This document shows, one piece after another, positions 9,819 to 21,510 of a stretch of 64,000 nt of DNA (the stretch's first letter is position 1; each line of letters opens with the position of its first letter). The notes beneath the pieces were generated by a model. The model saw only the letters and a list, made by a program, of their open reading frames with translations, was not told the origin of the DNA and did no database searches. The stretch covers positions 157,807 through 221,806 of the forward strand of contig NW_005434557.1 of assembly GCF_000315625.1 (NCBI RefSeq), read 5' to 3'. A program made the translations under genes and the position numbers. This DNA comes from Guillardia theta CCMP2712. Taxonomy: Eukaryota > Protista > Cryptophyta.

Positions 9819-11626
9819 CTAGATGAGGGAGGGGACAACACTTGTTGTAGGCGCAGGTAGGAACGAAGCATTGAGTGTCACTAACCCGCTCTTGCCCTTG
9901 GTAGAAGCAGACGTATACAAGTATACCTGATGAAACGGGCAAAGTAAAACAAGTCACAATGAGTGGAAGAAGGAAGGAGGGAGGAGGGAGGAGGGAGGAG
10001 GGAGGAGGGATGATTTAGGCAAGCGACTCACTTGGAGCAACGTGGCCACCGCAAACCAGCCCGCAGCTACTCCGAATACCTTCAAGACAATGTGAGCCTG
10101 AATGGAGGAGGAGGAGGAGGAGGAGGAGGAGGAGGAGGAGGAGGAGGAGGAGCCCTCACCATCCATGGAGGCAGCAGATCGCCGCATCGCGCTCCGGTGA
10201 CAACCAAGATATTCAAGGGGATGCGGAAGATGTTCATGACAGAGGCCTGCGAGCTGTCAGAACAGCTGCCGCTGGGGAGAGAGGTGGTGTGCCTGCAGGG
10301 AGTCTGGCAAGAAGTGCGATCTCATCGTTGCAAGCGCGCCGAACGAGGCACCGACGCAGGCCTCAAGGAGGAGGAAGGAGGTCAAGACCTGGTCAGAGGG
10401 GCTCATCAGGGGGCCCGAGAAGGGGGGAAGGGATAGAGTAGGGCGGCTCTCACCACGAAGAAATCCTTGACGAAGATGGGGACGAGCATAGACAAGGAGG
10501 CGAGAGCGAAGATGAAGACGCATCCTCTCTCCACGCTCATGACCTTGATCATCCCCTCGAACGTCTGCCCCCCCAGCGAGATGCACACCATCATGGACGA
10601 GAAGATCCAGCCCTGTCCCTGCGAGAACGCTGCGAAGTCCATCTTTCCCTTCTCGCCCCCAGGCACCATCCCGGCCAGGGTGGGCACCCACATGATGACG
10701 AAGGTGTACATGGCTCCCTCGAAGAAGGACTGGATCAGCCCCAGCAGCAGGATCCTCTTGTCGTTGACGATGCACATCCAGGCGTCCTTGAACATGTGCT
10801 GGTCGTCGTCCTTGCCGTCTCCCGTCCTCTCGCGACCCCCATAGTTCTCCGGCCAAAAGCAGACGAAGACGAGCACGAGGGCTGTGAGGAAGATGGCGAG
10901 CTGGAAGGGCCCGATGTTCCCGAAGTTATCCGCCGACACTTGAGCGAGCACTCCTGCCAGGACCGCCATGATGCCGTTCCCGACCTGAGCAATGGCGAAC
11001 GTCTGCGCGATGTCGTCCTCAGGGAACCCGCGCTTTCTGTGCTCGCTCACCATCCAGCTCTCGAAGGCACTGAACAGCAGGGACGTTGACATGCCTCCCA
11101 GGACCCTCCCGACGATGAGCAGGGTGGTGTCATTGAAGTGCTCCAGCACGTTGATGACGAGCTCCAGCACGCAAAAGGCAATGCAGCCCAGCCTCCTCCC
11201 GTACTTGTCCACGTAGAGTCCCAGGAACGTGCCGAAGACGGCCGAGGAGGTGAAGCCAATCGCGTAAAGTGTCCCCACAGGTTGATTGTACTCTGTGTAC
11301 AGAGTGTACATGTGCGTGCCCTGCAGCCAATCTGCCAGCATCGTCAACAAATAGACGACCAGCCATTGGCGCTGGAAGGCTTTGAAGTCTTTCGATGATG
11401 CTTTGCTCCTTTTTTCTTTCTTCGCTTTCGGGTCTTGTTTCTTCTCAATCCTGCTCTCAACAAAGAAGACCACAGCCCACAAAGCCAAGCAAGCCAGGAA
11501 CGGTTCTACAGCCCAGGCAGGCCACTTCCTGTGCAGCCATGAGAGCATGAAAGTAACATCGCCATCAGCCTTGGCCTTGGAAGCAGTGCTCAGCATGAAG
11601 CCCACGATGGCAGGGGCAAGCCGCAT
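9819..11626 (-). CDS. MFSD5: Molybdate-anion transporter MOT2/MFSD5 (DUF791, MFS)
   Basis: FKAFQRQWLVVYLLTMLADWLQGTHMYTLY, GRVLGGMSTSLLFSAFESWMVSEH, W-P-ENYG, QSFFEGAMYTFVIMWVP, then short exons (FEACVG, MNIFRIPLNILVV). 3' end approximate. Confidence 0.9.
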
Positions 11627-12780
11627 GTTTGAAGCCCTTGCCCGCCTCTCCAAACGGCTGGCGCGCTCCCGCTCTAGCAGGCTCTCTGTAGCGTCCCTCT
11701 GACTTAGATGAAGGCTCTTGTAGCTCGCTGCTGCCTCGTTCCTACCTTACTCTTCCTCCTCCTCGCGTTCCTCCTCTCCCCTTATGTGAATTTTCCGGCC
11801 GCTCTCGTGGGTCCTAACCTTCTGCCACATCCCCGCACGTGCCCTCGGACGCTTTCTCAACGTGACAGGCCAACTTGACGGCGAGACTCAGACTGAGACT
11901 CAGGCCCTTGAAAGACTGGCCGGGCACAGGCCCTGAGTCACGGTGACCATCAGCCCTGAGTCACGGTGACCATCAGCCTGTACCGGGCCGGGCCGGGCTA
12001 CACCAGGCTGTTCGGACAGTGCCACGGTGTCAAGCGGCGGCCGGGCTCCGGCGAGCTCAGGCTGCCAGCCGCTGAGCCGCGTCACTGAGTCACAGTCTGT
12101 GACCGAGTCGCCGGGCCATGGCCGTGCCAAATTCGGCCCGTTCGAGGCTCCGACGGCAGTGAGGCTCAGCCGCGCGCCTGAGTCACGCCGGGTCGCCGGT
12201 CAAGTTCATCATGGGCCGCGCGCGGCACAGGCTCGGAGCTTCCCGGTGATGGCATGATGAATGCCATCAGTGTCTGCCGCACTTCTGCCGCATCCTTCAA
12301 CTGAGTTGGGTAGGCTGATCATATGGTCTGAAAGCGCCATGCGGAATCATCCGGACTGATTGAATCCGATGATTGAAGTCGGAAGACAGTCTTTGAGCTG
12401 GTGGCCATGAGGCTGGAGGTACCAAGATGGTTCAAGAGTCATCATCATGTTGTCACTATTTTCATCGTTCACGACGGGATTGCCAAGTTGCTTTGCACCG
12501 TATATCGAAATCATTTCGTTGTTCCCAGAGACAGGGCGGATTCAGCTCCATCTCTCAAAGATGCTAGGGTACAACATGAGAACTTTGCAATTGATTATGA
12601 AGCATGAAAAGTAGACAACCCAGCATTGATCGAGTCCATCTGGTAACAGGCATGTCCATGTACTAAGACAAGCACAAGACTCAGTCTTTCGAGTATGTTA
12701 CGCAAATTTATGACTTGTAGTAACACTAAATACTTCACTTATCAGACCTCATGGTAAGATACGCTACATATTTAGCTCGC

Positions 12781-12885
12781 TTAGAACCACTCGCCGAAGT
12801 AGAGGGGGCGCTGCTCGTGGTGGAGGTACTCCATCTTCCACATCCAGAGCTCGGTGGTTTGGGCCTTGGTGATGGTCTGGAACAT
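12781..12885 (-). CDS. 34-aa peptide MFQTITKAQTTELWMWKMEYLHHEQRPLYFGEWF (unknown function)
   Basis: ATG..TAA ORF with 33 of 34 codons ending in C/G inside AT-richer flanks. Intron acceptor (ttttggcag) 6 nt before the ATG. Below the ORF-track cutoff. Confidence 0.7.
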   Translation of the reverse strand: MFQTITKAQTTELWMWKMEYLHHEQRPLYFGEWF

Positions 12886-14714
12886 TGCTATCTGCCAAAA
12901 TGATCAACAAGTTGATTTACAAGTACACACACAGAACAGCATTCAAACATATGAACGAGGAGACAAAATTCACAATCAAGGAATGGACAGCAACAAGAAT
13001 CCATGACACATTGCATGGTCCACAACCCAACACTCATCTAGAATCTTGCAAGCAAGGACACTTGCAGGCGCACGAACAAGAAGTATATCAATCAAGCTAT
13101 CACATGAGAGAGGAAAAACTTTCAGGAGGCAGTCATAGCGCGAGCAGCCATCATATCAACACATTGGTGCATTGCGTGGTACCGGCAGCGGTTGAGCGGC
13201 AGAGGCGCGAGGCCCCCGAGATAGACCCTTCCTCCGAAAATAGATCACTACCCCTACCCACCAATTTCCCAAGTACCTACCCTCATAATGTAGTTGGCTT
13301 TTTTTGTACCCCCAATTTCGACAGAATTTTCACTATAGGGAAAGATAGCAGAAAATAACCGGTGGTAGGTATAACCCTCCATGATCTGAGACCCACCCCG
13401 ACAGTAAGACACTTCCTCAAATGTCTTTTGCAAAGAGGTTAATGGGAGGGGTGGTTAAGGCCACCGGTGGTATACTACCCTACCCCTCTATATTTCATAA
13501 CCTTCTGAGGTTTCTTCCAGGTACGGGCTCGATTGGACCCTCAAGTACCCCCTCATTGCATGCTAGGCTTACCTACTTGGACCCGGCGAGTAAATCGTGA
13601 TAGGGGTACCTTACCTTGACAGTACCGGTCCTTCACCACCCTACCAGTTTTTGCGATGTACCACTTAAATTAGCCAATATTGATCGTTACAAAAATAGTT
13701 TCCGTTACATCTCCCGGGGCCTTTCGTCCGGGCTAGAGGCCAGTAAACTAGGCTCCTTCCCCGGGCCGCGTCGTGTTATTTTTAAAAAAGATATAGAGAT
13801 TTTAATAATAATATAATACATCAATGTACAACCATACAACCCTCTGATCATAGCAACATATAGTTTTTAAAATCACGAAAACAATTTTTATTTAATAGAA
13901 TCGGTATAACCTAAAACAATGTAAAACCTTGAGCTCAACATAAGAACATTTTAGCTTATTTTAAAACTGCAGAGCCGCCGCAATGTCCGCGCTCGGGCGA
14001 CTTCTCACTCGCTCGATGCAGGTGAGGGAGGAGAGAGGAGGAAGCGGGAGAGTTATGCTGGGAAGACGTTGTTGCTGGTCCCTGAGCCATCGATGACGGC
14101 GATGCTGTGCTCTCTGACATGGTAGAACGATGGTGTTGTTGGAAGCAAAGGGGTGGAAGGCAGAAGGGAACGGGTGGCGTGGGATGGGGGCGGCCGCTAA
14201 GAAGACCGAGTTTTGTTGTTTCCACGATGATAATGCCCATGTTTCATGGTGTTTTTCCCTCGTAGACGATCAACCTTGTCATGAACTTGCAGACATGTTG
14301 TTTGTCAATAGAGTGGACTCTTTATGGTCATGCACAAATATGGCGAGCTGAACATTTCCTCCTCACTTTGTTCGCTCGCTTTGCGTCAACGTGTCTTATG
14401 ATAATCAAACTGAAATGACGCGAGTTTAAGATATGATCGATTGATGATCTTTGAAATATCGCCTGGGTATGGGTGGAGGTGGAAAATTTTCTGTCCTGCA
14501 TCTCAGCCAGACTTGAGCTCAGGGCCCCTGTAGTGTGCCTTCCTGTTGCTGATTCGTGTGTGATTGAGGGCAAGTTGATTCTTGTTTGCTGTCCCTCTCA
14601 GCTCCTTGCTCGCGCTCTCCTCCTGCTCTTGCCGTGAATGTGGTGATATTGAAAGCAGCCGGGGCTGTCAAAGTTTTACATTGGCCTTCTGGTCTTGTTT
14701 ACCCTTCTTTCTCC

Positions 14715-15768
14715 ATGCAGATCTTTCGCAAAGCTCCCCGGCGATCATTTTCAGATGAGATCAAGTCCATTCCCAAGCAAGACAACCGCAACCAGGGCCC
14801 CATGGGAAGCGGCGTCAAGCCCTATGAGGTTCCTGCACCCAAGCAAGACATGCCTCCTGCAGGCGGCTTCCCTCCCATCAACACCAAGTGAGTCTCCCTC
14901 CCTCCCCCCCTCCCTCCCCCCCTCCCTCTCTTGCCTCGCCTCCCTCCCTCGCCTTCCTTCCGGTACTTTTGCTGAACATGGCCTGGCACTATTCGTTGCC
15001 AGGCGAAACGTCGGAAAGGATCTCGCAATCCCCTCCATTTTCATCTTCGGCACTGTAGCAGTAGGGATGATGTGGGGAATGAACCGCCTGGGTCAAGGCA
15101 ACAAGCAGAGAAGGTGAGGAAGCAGCAGAGAGGGAGGGAGAAGCTTCTTGACTTCTTGTTGCAGGGCACTCAAGAGGGAGAAGTTAGATATGAGAGCAGC
15201 ACTGTCGCCTTTCCTTCAGGTCTTCCTCTCCCCCTTCCCCCTGGCATTTGCTCTCCCTGCTGCTCCTCCTCCTCGTCTCCTTCCTTGTGCCCATTCTCTG
15301 TCTCTTCACCACCAATTGAGATTTCCTGCGCATCACAGGCGGAAGAAGATATTGATTATGTGATGAGAGAGGTCAGCTGGCACTTTTCGTTTGTTGCGTG
15401 TGACTTGCTTGTGTCATCAGGATCAAAAATTGAAATGGGAGGCTGAGGTGATGAAGGACGTCCCAGGTGAGCCAATGCTGTTCCTGCCTCTTCCCTCCTC
15501 CTCTCGTGTCTTCGCCCCTGCTTCTTCCCTCCTCCTCCCAGCTCAGTTCTTCCCTTCTCCCCCCTAGTTCACCTCTGCTTACATCCTGCACTGTATCTTC
15601 CCTACCGCCATGCTCCCTGCCTCAACATGTTACCTTCACACTGCCTCTCTATCCTTGTTCCTTCCCTCTCCCCCTCCTCGTCTTGACCCGAATGCAGGTT
15701 GGGTGGTGGGGGAGAACGTGTACCACGGCAAACGCTGGGCTCCTCCCCTCTTCAACGACGTCCATTGA
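14715..15768 (+). CDS. NDUFA13: NADH dehydrogenase (complex I) subunit NDUFA13 / GRIM-19; multi-exon
   Basis: KQDMPPAGGFPPINTK|RN, TM segment, RRALKREKLDMRAALSPFLQ|AEED, WEAEVMKDVP|GWVVGENVYHGKRWAPP; stop TGA 15766-15768. Start uncertain. Confidence 0.92.
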
Positions 15769-15892
15769 TCCCAACGGCCCTTCGCGTCCTCCTCTTCGGT
15801 GGTTTATTATTACAGCACGCCCCGTTTTCTTCTACCTCTTCCTCCCCTCTTCGTTCTCCCCCCTCCCCCTCCTTCTATCCGGATCAACAGCC

Positions 15893-16892
15893 TCAGAATT
15901 TGAGAAAGAAGCTGTCGGCGAACAAGTCCCCCTCTGAAGCAAGTATGAGAGGACAGAAGGAGAAGGAGAAGGAGAGGAGGAAGAAGGAGGGGAAGAGGAG
16001 GAGGAAGAAGGAATCGAAGTGAGACGGAGGATGGAAGTAGGAGGCAAGAGAAGAGCAGGAGGACCACGAACGGCGGAAAGAGGAAGTAGAAAGTTCACCT
16101 TCGTCCTCGAGGAATGTCCCGTGATCTTGAAACAAGCTCATGCTCGCCGCGCAATATCTCATCGACTCCTCCTCCTCCTCCTTCCGCTCTTCTCCCGTCC
16201 TCTCCCTCGGCATGAATAACGCCTCCCCGACATACACTTGCGGCAGGTCCATTCGCGGCCTATCGGTCGCCTCCTCCTTGACGACCGTCGGAGCCTCGAG
16301 GGGAGGAGGACGCAAGACGCTGACGCTGCTCTGAATCTCTCCCATCCCCTTGAAGGCCTGGAGAGAGCTCATGAGAAACTCTGTGCTCGACTGCGCCAGC
16401 GCAGTGGTGGTAAAGCTGAGGTTCTGCTCGGGAGTCAAAGTGAGAAGAGAGAGAGAGAGGAGGAGAAGGGGAGGGAAGGAGGGCAGGAGGAGGAGGAGGA
16501 GGAGGAGGAGGAGGAGGAGCATTTCAACCTGCTGATCGCAAAAGCTCGTGAAGCTCTTTCTGTCGCTAAAGACTTGATTGTATAGCAGAGGGTCCACATC
16601 TCCAGCAAAGTTCCTGCCATAACCGTCAAACCCTCATGCTCCTGCTCCTCCTCTTGCTTCCCCCCCCCCCTGTTCTCTCCCTCTTCTGTCTGTTCCCCTC
16701 TGCTCGGCTCGCCTTCTTGTCCTCTTCCTGCTCCTCTGCCTCTCCCTCCCTCCCTCCTCTTGGCTACTGACCCCGCGGAGAACAAGTCCGCTGCGAAGAA
16801 TCTTGGATGTGCCTGCTCGATGAGAGTGAGAACAAGAATAAAATGACAAAGAGAACAAACACGAAGAAGATCAGGAGGGAGGAGGGAGGAGG

Positions 16893-16923
<31 letters not shown>

Positions 16924-17703
16924 GAGGGATGAGGGGGGGAGGATGAAGAGGATCAGGCAGCAGTGGCGGACAAGTGTCTCACAGGTTGGTCCTGCATGCT
17001 TGTGGGATGTTGACATTCGATATGAGCGACTTCAGCAGGAAGGACGTGAACTGAGCAACAGTGTGAGGAGCAGGAGAAAGAGGAGGAGAAAGAGGAGGAG
17101 ATACAGGAGGAGATACAGGAGGAGATACAGGAGAAGAAACAGGAGGAGAAAGAGGAGGAGAAAGAGGAGGAGGTCGAGGTCGAGGAGGAGGAGGAGGAGG
17201 TCGAGGTCGAGGAGGAGGAGTCAGGATCCATACTAGGGAAGTTTTTCAAAGAGAAGACGTGAGATGAGTAGCTGTAGTTGTGAAGAAGACGATGCGACTG
17301 TTAACAATTAGGGTTCTCCTCCACCTCCACCTCCTCCTCCTCCTCCTCTCTTCTCCTCCTCTCTTCTTCTCCTCCTCTCTTCTCCTCCTCCTCTCTTCTC
17401 CTCCTCCCCTCCCTCCTCTCCTCACCTTTGCTCCTTCCAGAAGCCTCTTGTACCAACAGCTCATCCGAATGGTGGCTGCAGTCAAAGTTAGAGGACACGA
17501 CAGGAGGACTGAAAAAGGAGAGGAGGGAGAAAGATGGTGGAGGGGAGGAGCAGGAGGAGCAGGAGGAAGAGAGCGAGGAGGGAGGAGAAGTTTAAGAGAA
17601 TTTTCACCTTCTGTTCGGATTGAAGGCGTCCTTGGATTGAAGATATGACCTGATTGCCGTTAGATTGTAAACATTCTCCTACCGTCCTACCCTCTCCTTA
17701 CTC

Positions 17704-17759
<56 letters not shown>

Positions 17760-18432
17760 TCGTGCTCCTGCTCCTGCTCCTGCTCCTGCTCTTCCTCTTC
17801 CTCTTCCCTCTGCCCTCATTCCAAGACCTTCCTCACGCTCTTCTCTTGCTCACTTGATTCCTCGGGCGGAGGCACACGCAGAAGCAGTTGACGGAATCCT
17901 CTGAGTAGACAAAACAAGTGACGATAAGTGAACAGGCAGGAGGAGGAGGAGCAAGAGGAGGAGCAAGAGGAGGAGGAGGAGCAAGAGGAGGAGCAAGAGG
18001 AGGAGCAAGAGGAGGAGCAAGAGGAGGAGGGGGGGGGGGAGGATTCTCACCGTTTGCTCAGATACTCGATGTATCCATATAGGATGGCTGAGAGAACCGA
18101 CTGCGAGGGAGTTTGAGCAAGATGTAGACAATAAGCATGACAAACATGTGCGAGGAGGAAGACAAATTGAGGACTAGAAGAGAGGGAGGCGCAGAAGAAA
18201 GGAGGGAGGGGCGGGGAGGAGCAGGAGGAGCAGGAGGAGCAGGAGTCTGATCAACCTGACGCTCTTCGATGGTCTCGTTTTCGAGCAGAGGGATGGAATC
18301 TACGCAGTCGATGTAGGTCCTGCAAAGAAGATGAGAAGAAGACGGAGAGGAAAACAAGTGTAGAGGCAGATAAGCAGGCGAGATGGAGGATCGAGGAGAA
18401 GCAAAAAGCAAGGAGCGACGAGAAAAACGAGA

Positions 18433-18496
<64 letters not shown>

Positions 18497-20187
18497 ACAG
18501 GAGGGTCACCTTCTGCTAACATCGCGAGGGCAGAGATCGTCATACTCGTGCGAGAAGAGGCCGAAGATGAGGATTTCTCTACTCCCCTCCTGCCGTCATG
18601 TCAGCTCGAGCGAGCGGGTCAGGCTCAAGTTACAGCATCCCGTCTGAACGCGAAGATGGCCTGAGGAGAGGTCAGTGCCGTTCACGGGGAGGGGAAGAAA
18701 GGAGATGGGGAGAGGAGGAGAGGTGCAAGAGATGGGAAGGAGGATGAAGAAGAAGAGGACATGGAGGGGAGGAGGAGGAGGAGGAGGAGGAGGAGGAGGA
18801 GGAGGAGGAGGAAATACCTTCTTGGAGCACGCAAACTTGTCCTGCTGGCTCTGAGCTGATGAGTTGTAGAGGACGCGGATGACGACGGAGGAGCAGGATG
18901 AGGCGACCTTGTCGGTGAGGAACTTCGAGAGCCCCGAGGAGGAGGAGGAGGAGGAGGAGGAGGAGGAGGCAGACGGAGCATGCGCAGACTTGAGCTGATC
19001 CTCGGCCACTGCTGGCAGGATCGTCCTGCTGAGCGGCTGCTGGGGCCTCCGAGCTCGGAACGCTTTGCTCTGCTTCTTTGCCGCCTCCTCCTGTTGGGCG
19101 CTGCCTCGCATGCTGCCCTGGCTGCAGGCGCGGTTGACAGGAGGAGGGGAGGAGCGGATGAGGTACTCGGGCTTGTACTTGAGGGGGATGCAGATGCTGT
19201 GCTGGTCCACGAGCTGCTGCACCCCAAGCACGAAGTCCTCGGGGGGGATGGAGGAGGCGTTGTACTGCCGGAGAAGGAGGAGGAAGGATGCGCGGGATTT
19301 GGAGGGGAGGGCCTGCACAAACTTGGAGAAGATCTCCTGCAGGTACATCCTTCTCCTCTGCGGCTCGGACCCCCTGTAGGGGTCGAACCTCCTCCTGATC
19401 GCCTCCAGCTTCCTCCCAGCTACGAGGGTGTTGGACATGTCAAAGGGCTGGTACGCTGCCTCCTTCATCCTTTGGAACGTGATCGCCTGCTGGCTGTGGC
19501 AGACCATGAAGGGAGTCTGGGAAGGAGTCTTGCCGCCCTTGGCCCTCTTGGCAGCTGGAGTCGTTCGAGCCGCATAACAGCTCCCTACTTGTAACAGGGA
19601 GGGAGGAAGTCAGCCAAGGAGGAGGTGGAGGAGGAGCGGGTGGGCAGGTGGGCAGGCAAGAACAGTGATGTAGAGAGGGAGGAGGAGGCGAGGGGGGGGG
19701 GCGGTGGGGAGGAAGGAGAAGAGGAGGACAAGGGAGCACCTATGTGACCGTAGCTCTCATACGACTTTCTCTTTGAAGAGGGGGCTGCGAGTGCGCGATC
19801 TCGAAACACGCTGCAGGGAGTTCACTCAGCATCCACCTCTTTTCTTTCCATCCCCTCCTCCTCATTGCAAGGGGCAAACCTTGAGAGGAGAGGAGACTGT
19901 GATGAGACAGAGAAGATGAGCTGCAAGAATTCTTCGCTCGTGAACTTGCGGGACTGTCGTAAAGTCAGGAGCGAAGGGGCAAGGAGTATAGAACAAGGAA
20001 TTTGAGGTTGCGGAGGAGGCGTTGGGGAGGTATAAGGTAGAAGAGGAGTAGTAGGAGGAGGGAAGAATACCAGCAGGCACGAGTAGCTCGTCTCTATTGT
20101 GCGCCTAGTGCTCGGAGGGAGCTCCACGAGACTTTTTTTCAGGATATCCTCATTGAGAGGGTAGAGCAGGTTGGTAGCGGACGCCAT
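15893..20187 (-). CDS. Divergent CBP/p300-type (HAT_KAT11) acetyltransferase with N-terminal RST-like helical domains; multi-exon
   Basis: Ordered exon motifs match the p300 HAT: VVIRVL, K|AIFAF, EILIFGLFSHEYDDLCP..RR|TYIDCVDS, SAILYGYIEYLSK|RGF..LLRVPPP, HIFN, RMSCWYKRLL, FSDRKSFTSFCDQQ|NLSFTTTALAQSST. Confidence 0.72.
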
Positions 20188-21353
20188 ATTTTTACCTCAG
20201 TGCAGTCGATCAAAACCTGATGGAAGCAAGGGTTCAGAACACACAACCTGGATATTTTCACCATCGCATTTTACTAAGAGGTTGAGAAAGTGCATTCATG
20301 AAATGTGATCAGCGAAAGAAAGAAAATGCATAAAAAACGTTGCGTGATAAAAAACGTTGCCTGATTGCAACATGGTAAATGAGTCTGTATTGTGGCATTC
20401 CGCCTCTCTGGACCAGTCCTCCAACTTTTTTCTTTCTTCCCTTCTATCCCTGTTCTGCTCCCTCTCGCTCCCCCTCCCCCTCCCTCCCCTTGGTTTTCTC
20501 ATTCCATTGCTCAGCATTTTATCTGCAGACTCATCTCGTCAGGGACCAAAAAACAACCCCCCCCCATGGTCCCACCCCTGCCTTGTTCCACAGGATCCGG
20601 GACAAATTAGGGGTGGGGTGATCAGGTAAGATTATACAAAGGTGGGGTCATCGAAGGGGTATGGACCGGTAGGAAACCCAACCACCCATCGATTGACCAC
20701 CCACCCTATCTTTAATCGAGTAGATACCCCACCTATGGTTAGTGACTTTCCCTGCAAGGACACTACCCCACCCCCTACTCATATGCAGGGTATTGGAACT
20801 TTGTAGGTGGGGTCATGACAATTGGTAACAATAGAGGGTACGCCTACTATCAGTCTCAAGCCTTCGGTACCCCCACTGATCCTTCATTTTGACTACCCTC
20901 ACCCACCTTATTAGAATCACCACCCGTTATCATGAGTAAGATAACCCCTGGATTTCAGGTCGTTCTTTAGTCAATTTAAAGCTCCACCCCATCATTCTAC
21001 ACCCCCACCATGCAGTATCAGGGGTGGGGGCCGACATGAGTCTTGGATAACGAAAAGCCTCATCTTCAATTTTCTTATCTCCCATGCATAAAGGGCCAAA
21101 AAACCTTTTAAAAATCACCCCTTCACCCCTCATTCCAACCAGATTGACCCCTCAAATAAAGGGGGTGGTGCGCAGGGTGTAGATTGGTTTCCGGCATATA
21201 AAAGGGGGCCTTTGTATGTTGCTGGGAGTTGCACTGACACACGATCTCACTCTGCTAAAGCGAGCTGACAGCGAAGCGTTGAGTCGTATCCCAATCTTGC
21301 AAGCAAGGCTCCTTGCTGTCGAGCTTGAAGGCGACGACAAGAAGACAGCGGGG

Positions 21354-21510
21354 GCACATGTGCGGCTGAGAAGAGAGGAGCGTAAGCTAGCAGAGCTTGA
21401 AGCAGAGGCACATGTGCGGCTGAGAAGAGAGGAGCTTAAGCTAGCCGAGCTTGAAGCAGAGGCACATGTGCGGCTGAGAAGAGAGGAGCTTGAGCGTGCA
21501 GAGCTTGAAG
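21354..21510 (+). repeat. 54-bp coding tandem repeat x3 (AHVRLRREE[R/L]KLAELEAE) in a coiled-coil ORF fragment
   Basis: Units start at 21354, 21408 and 21462, inside ORF 21216-21572. Confidence 0.9.

Noticed and set aside
13700-13775. Hammerhead ribozyme suggested by GGACGAAA on the minus strand
   Set aside because: The CUGANGA core is absent.
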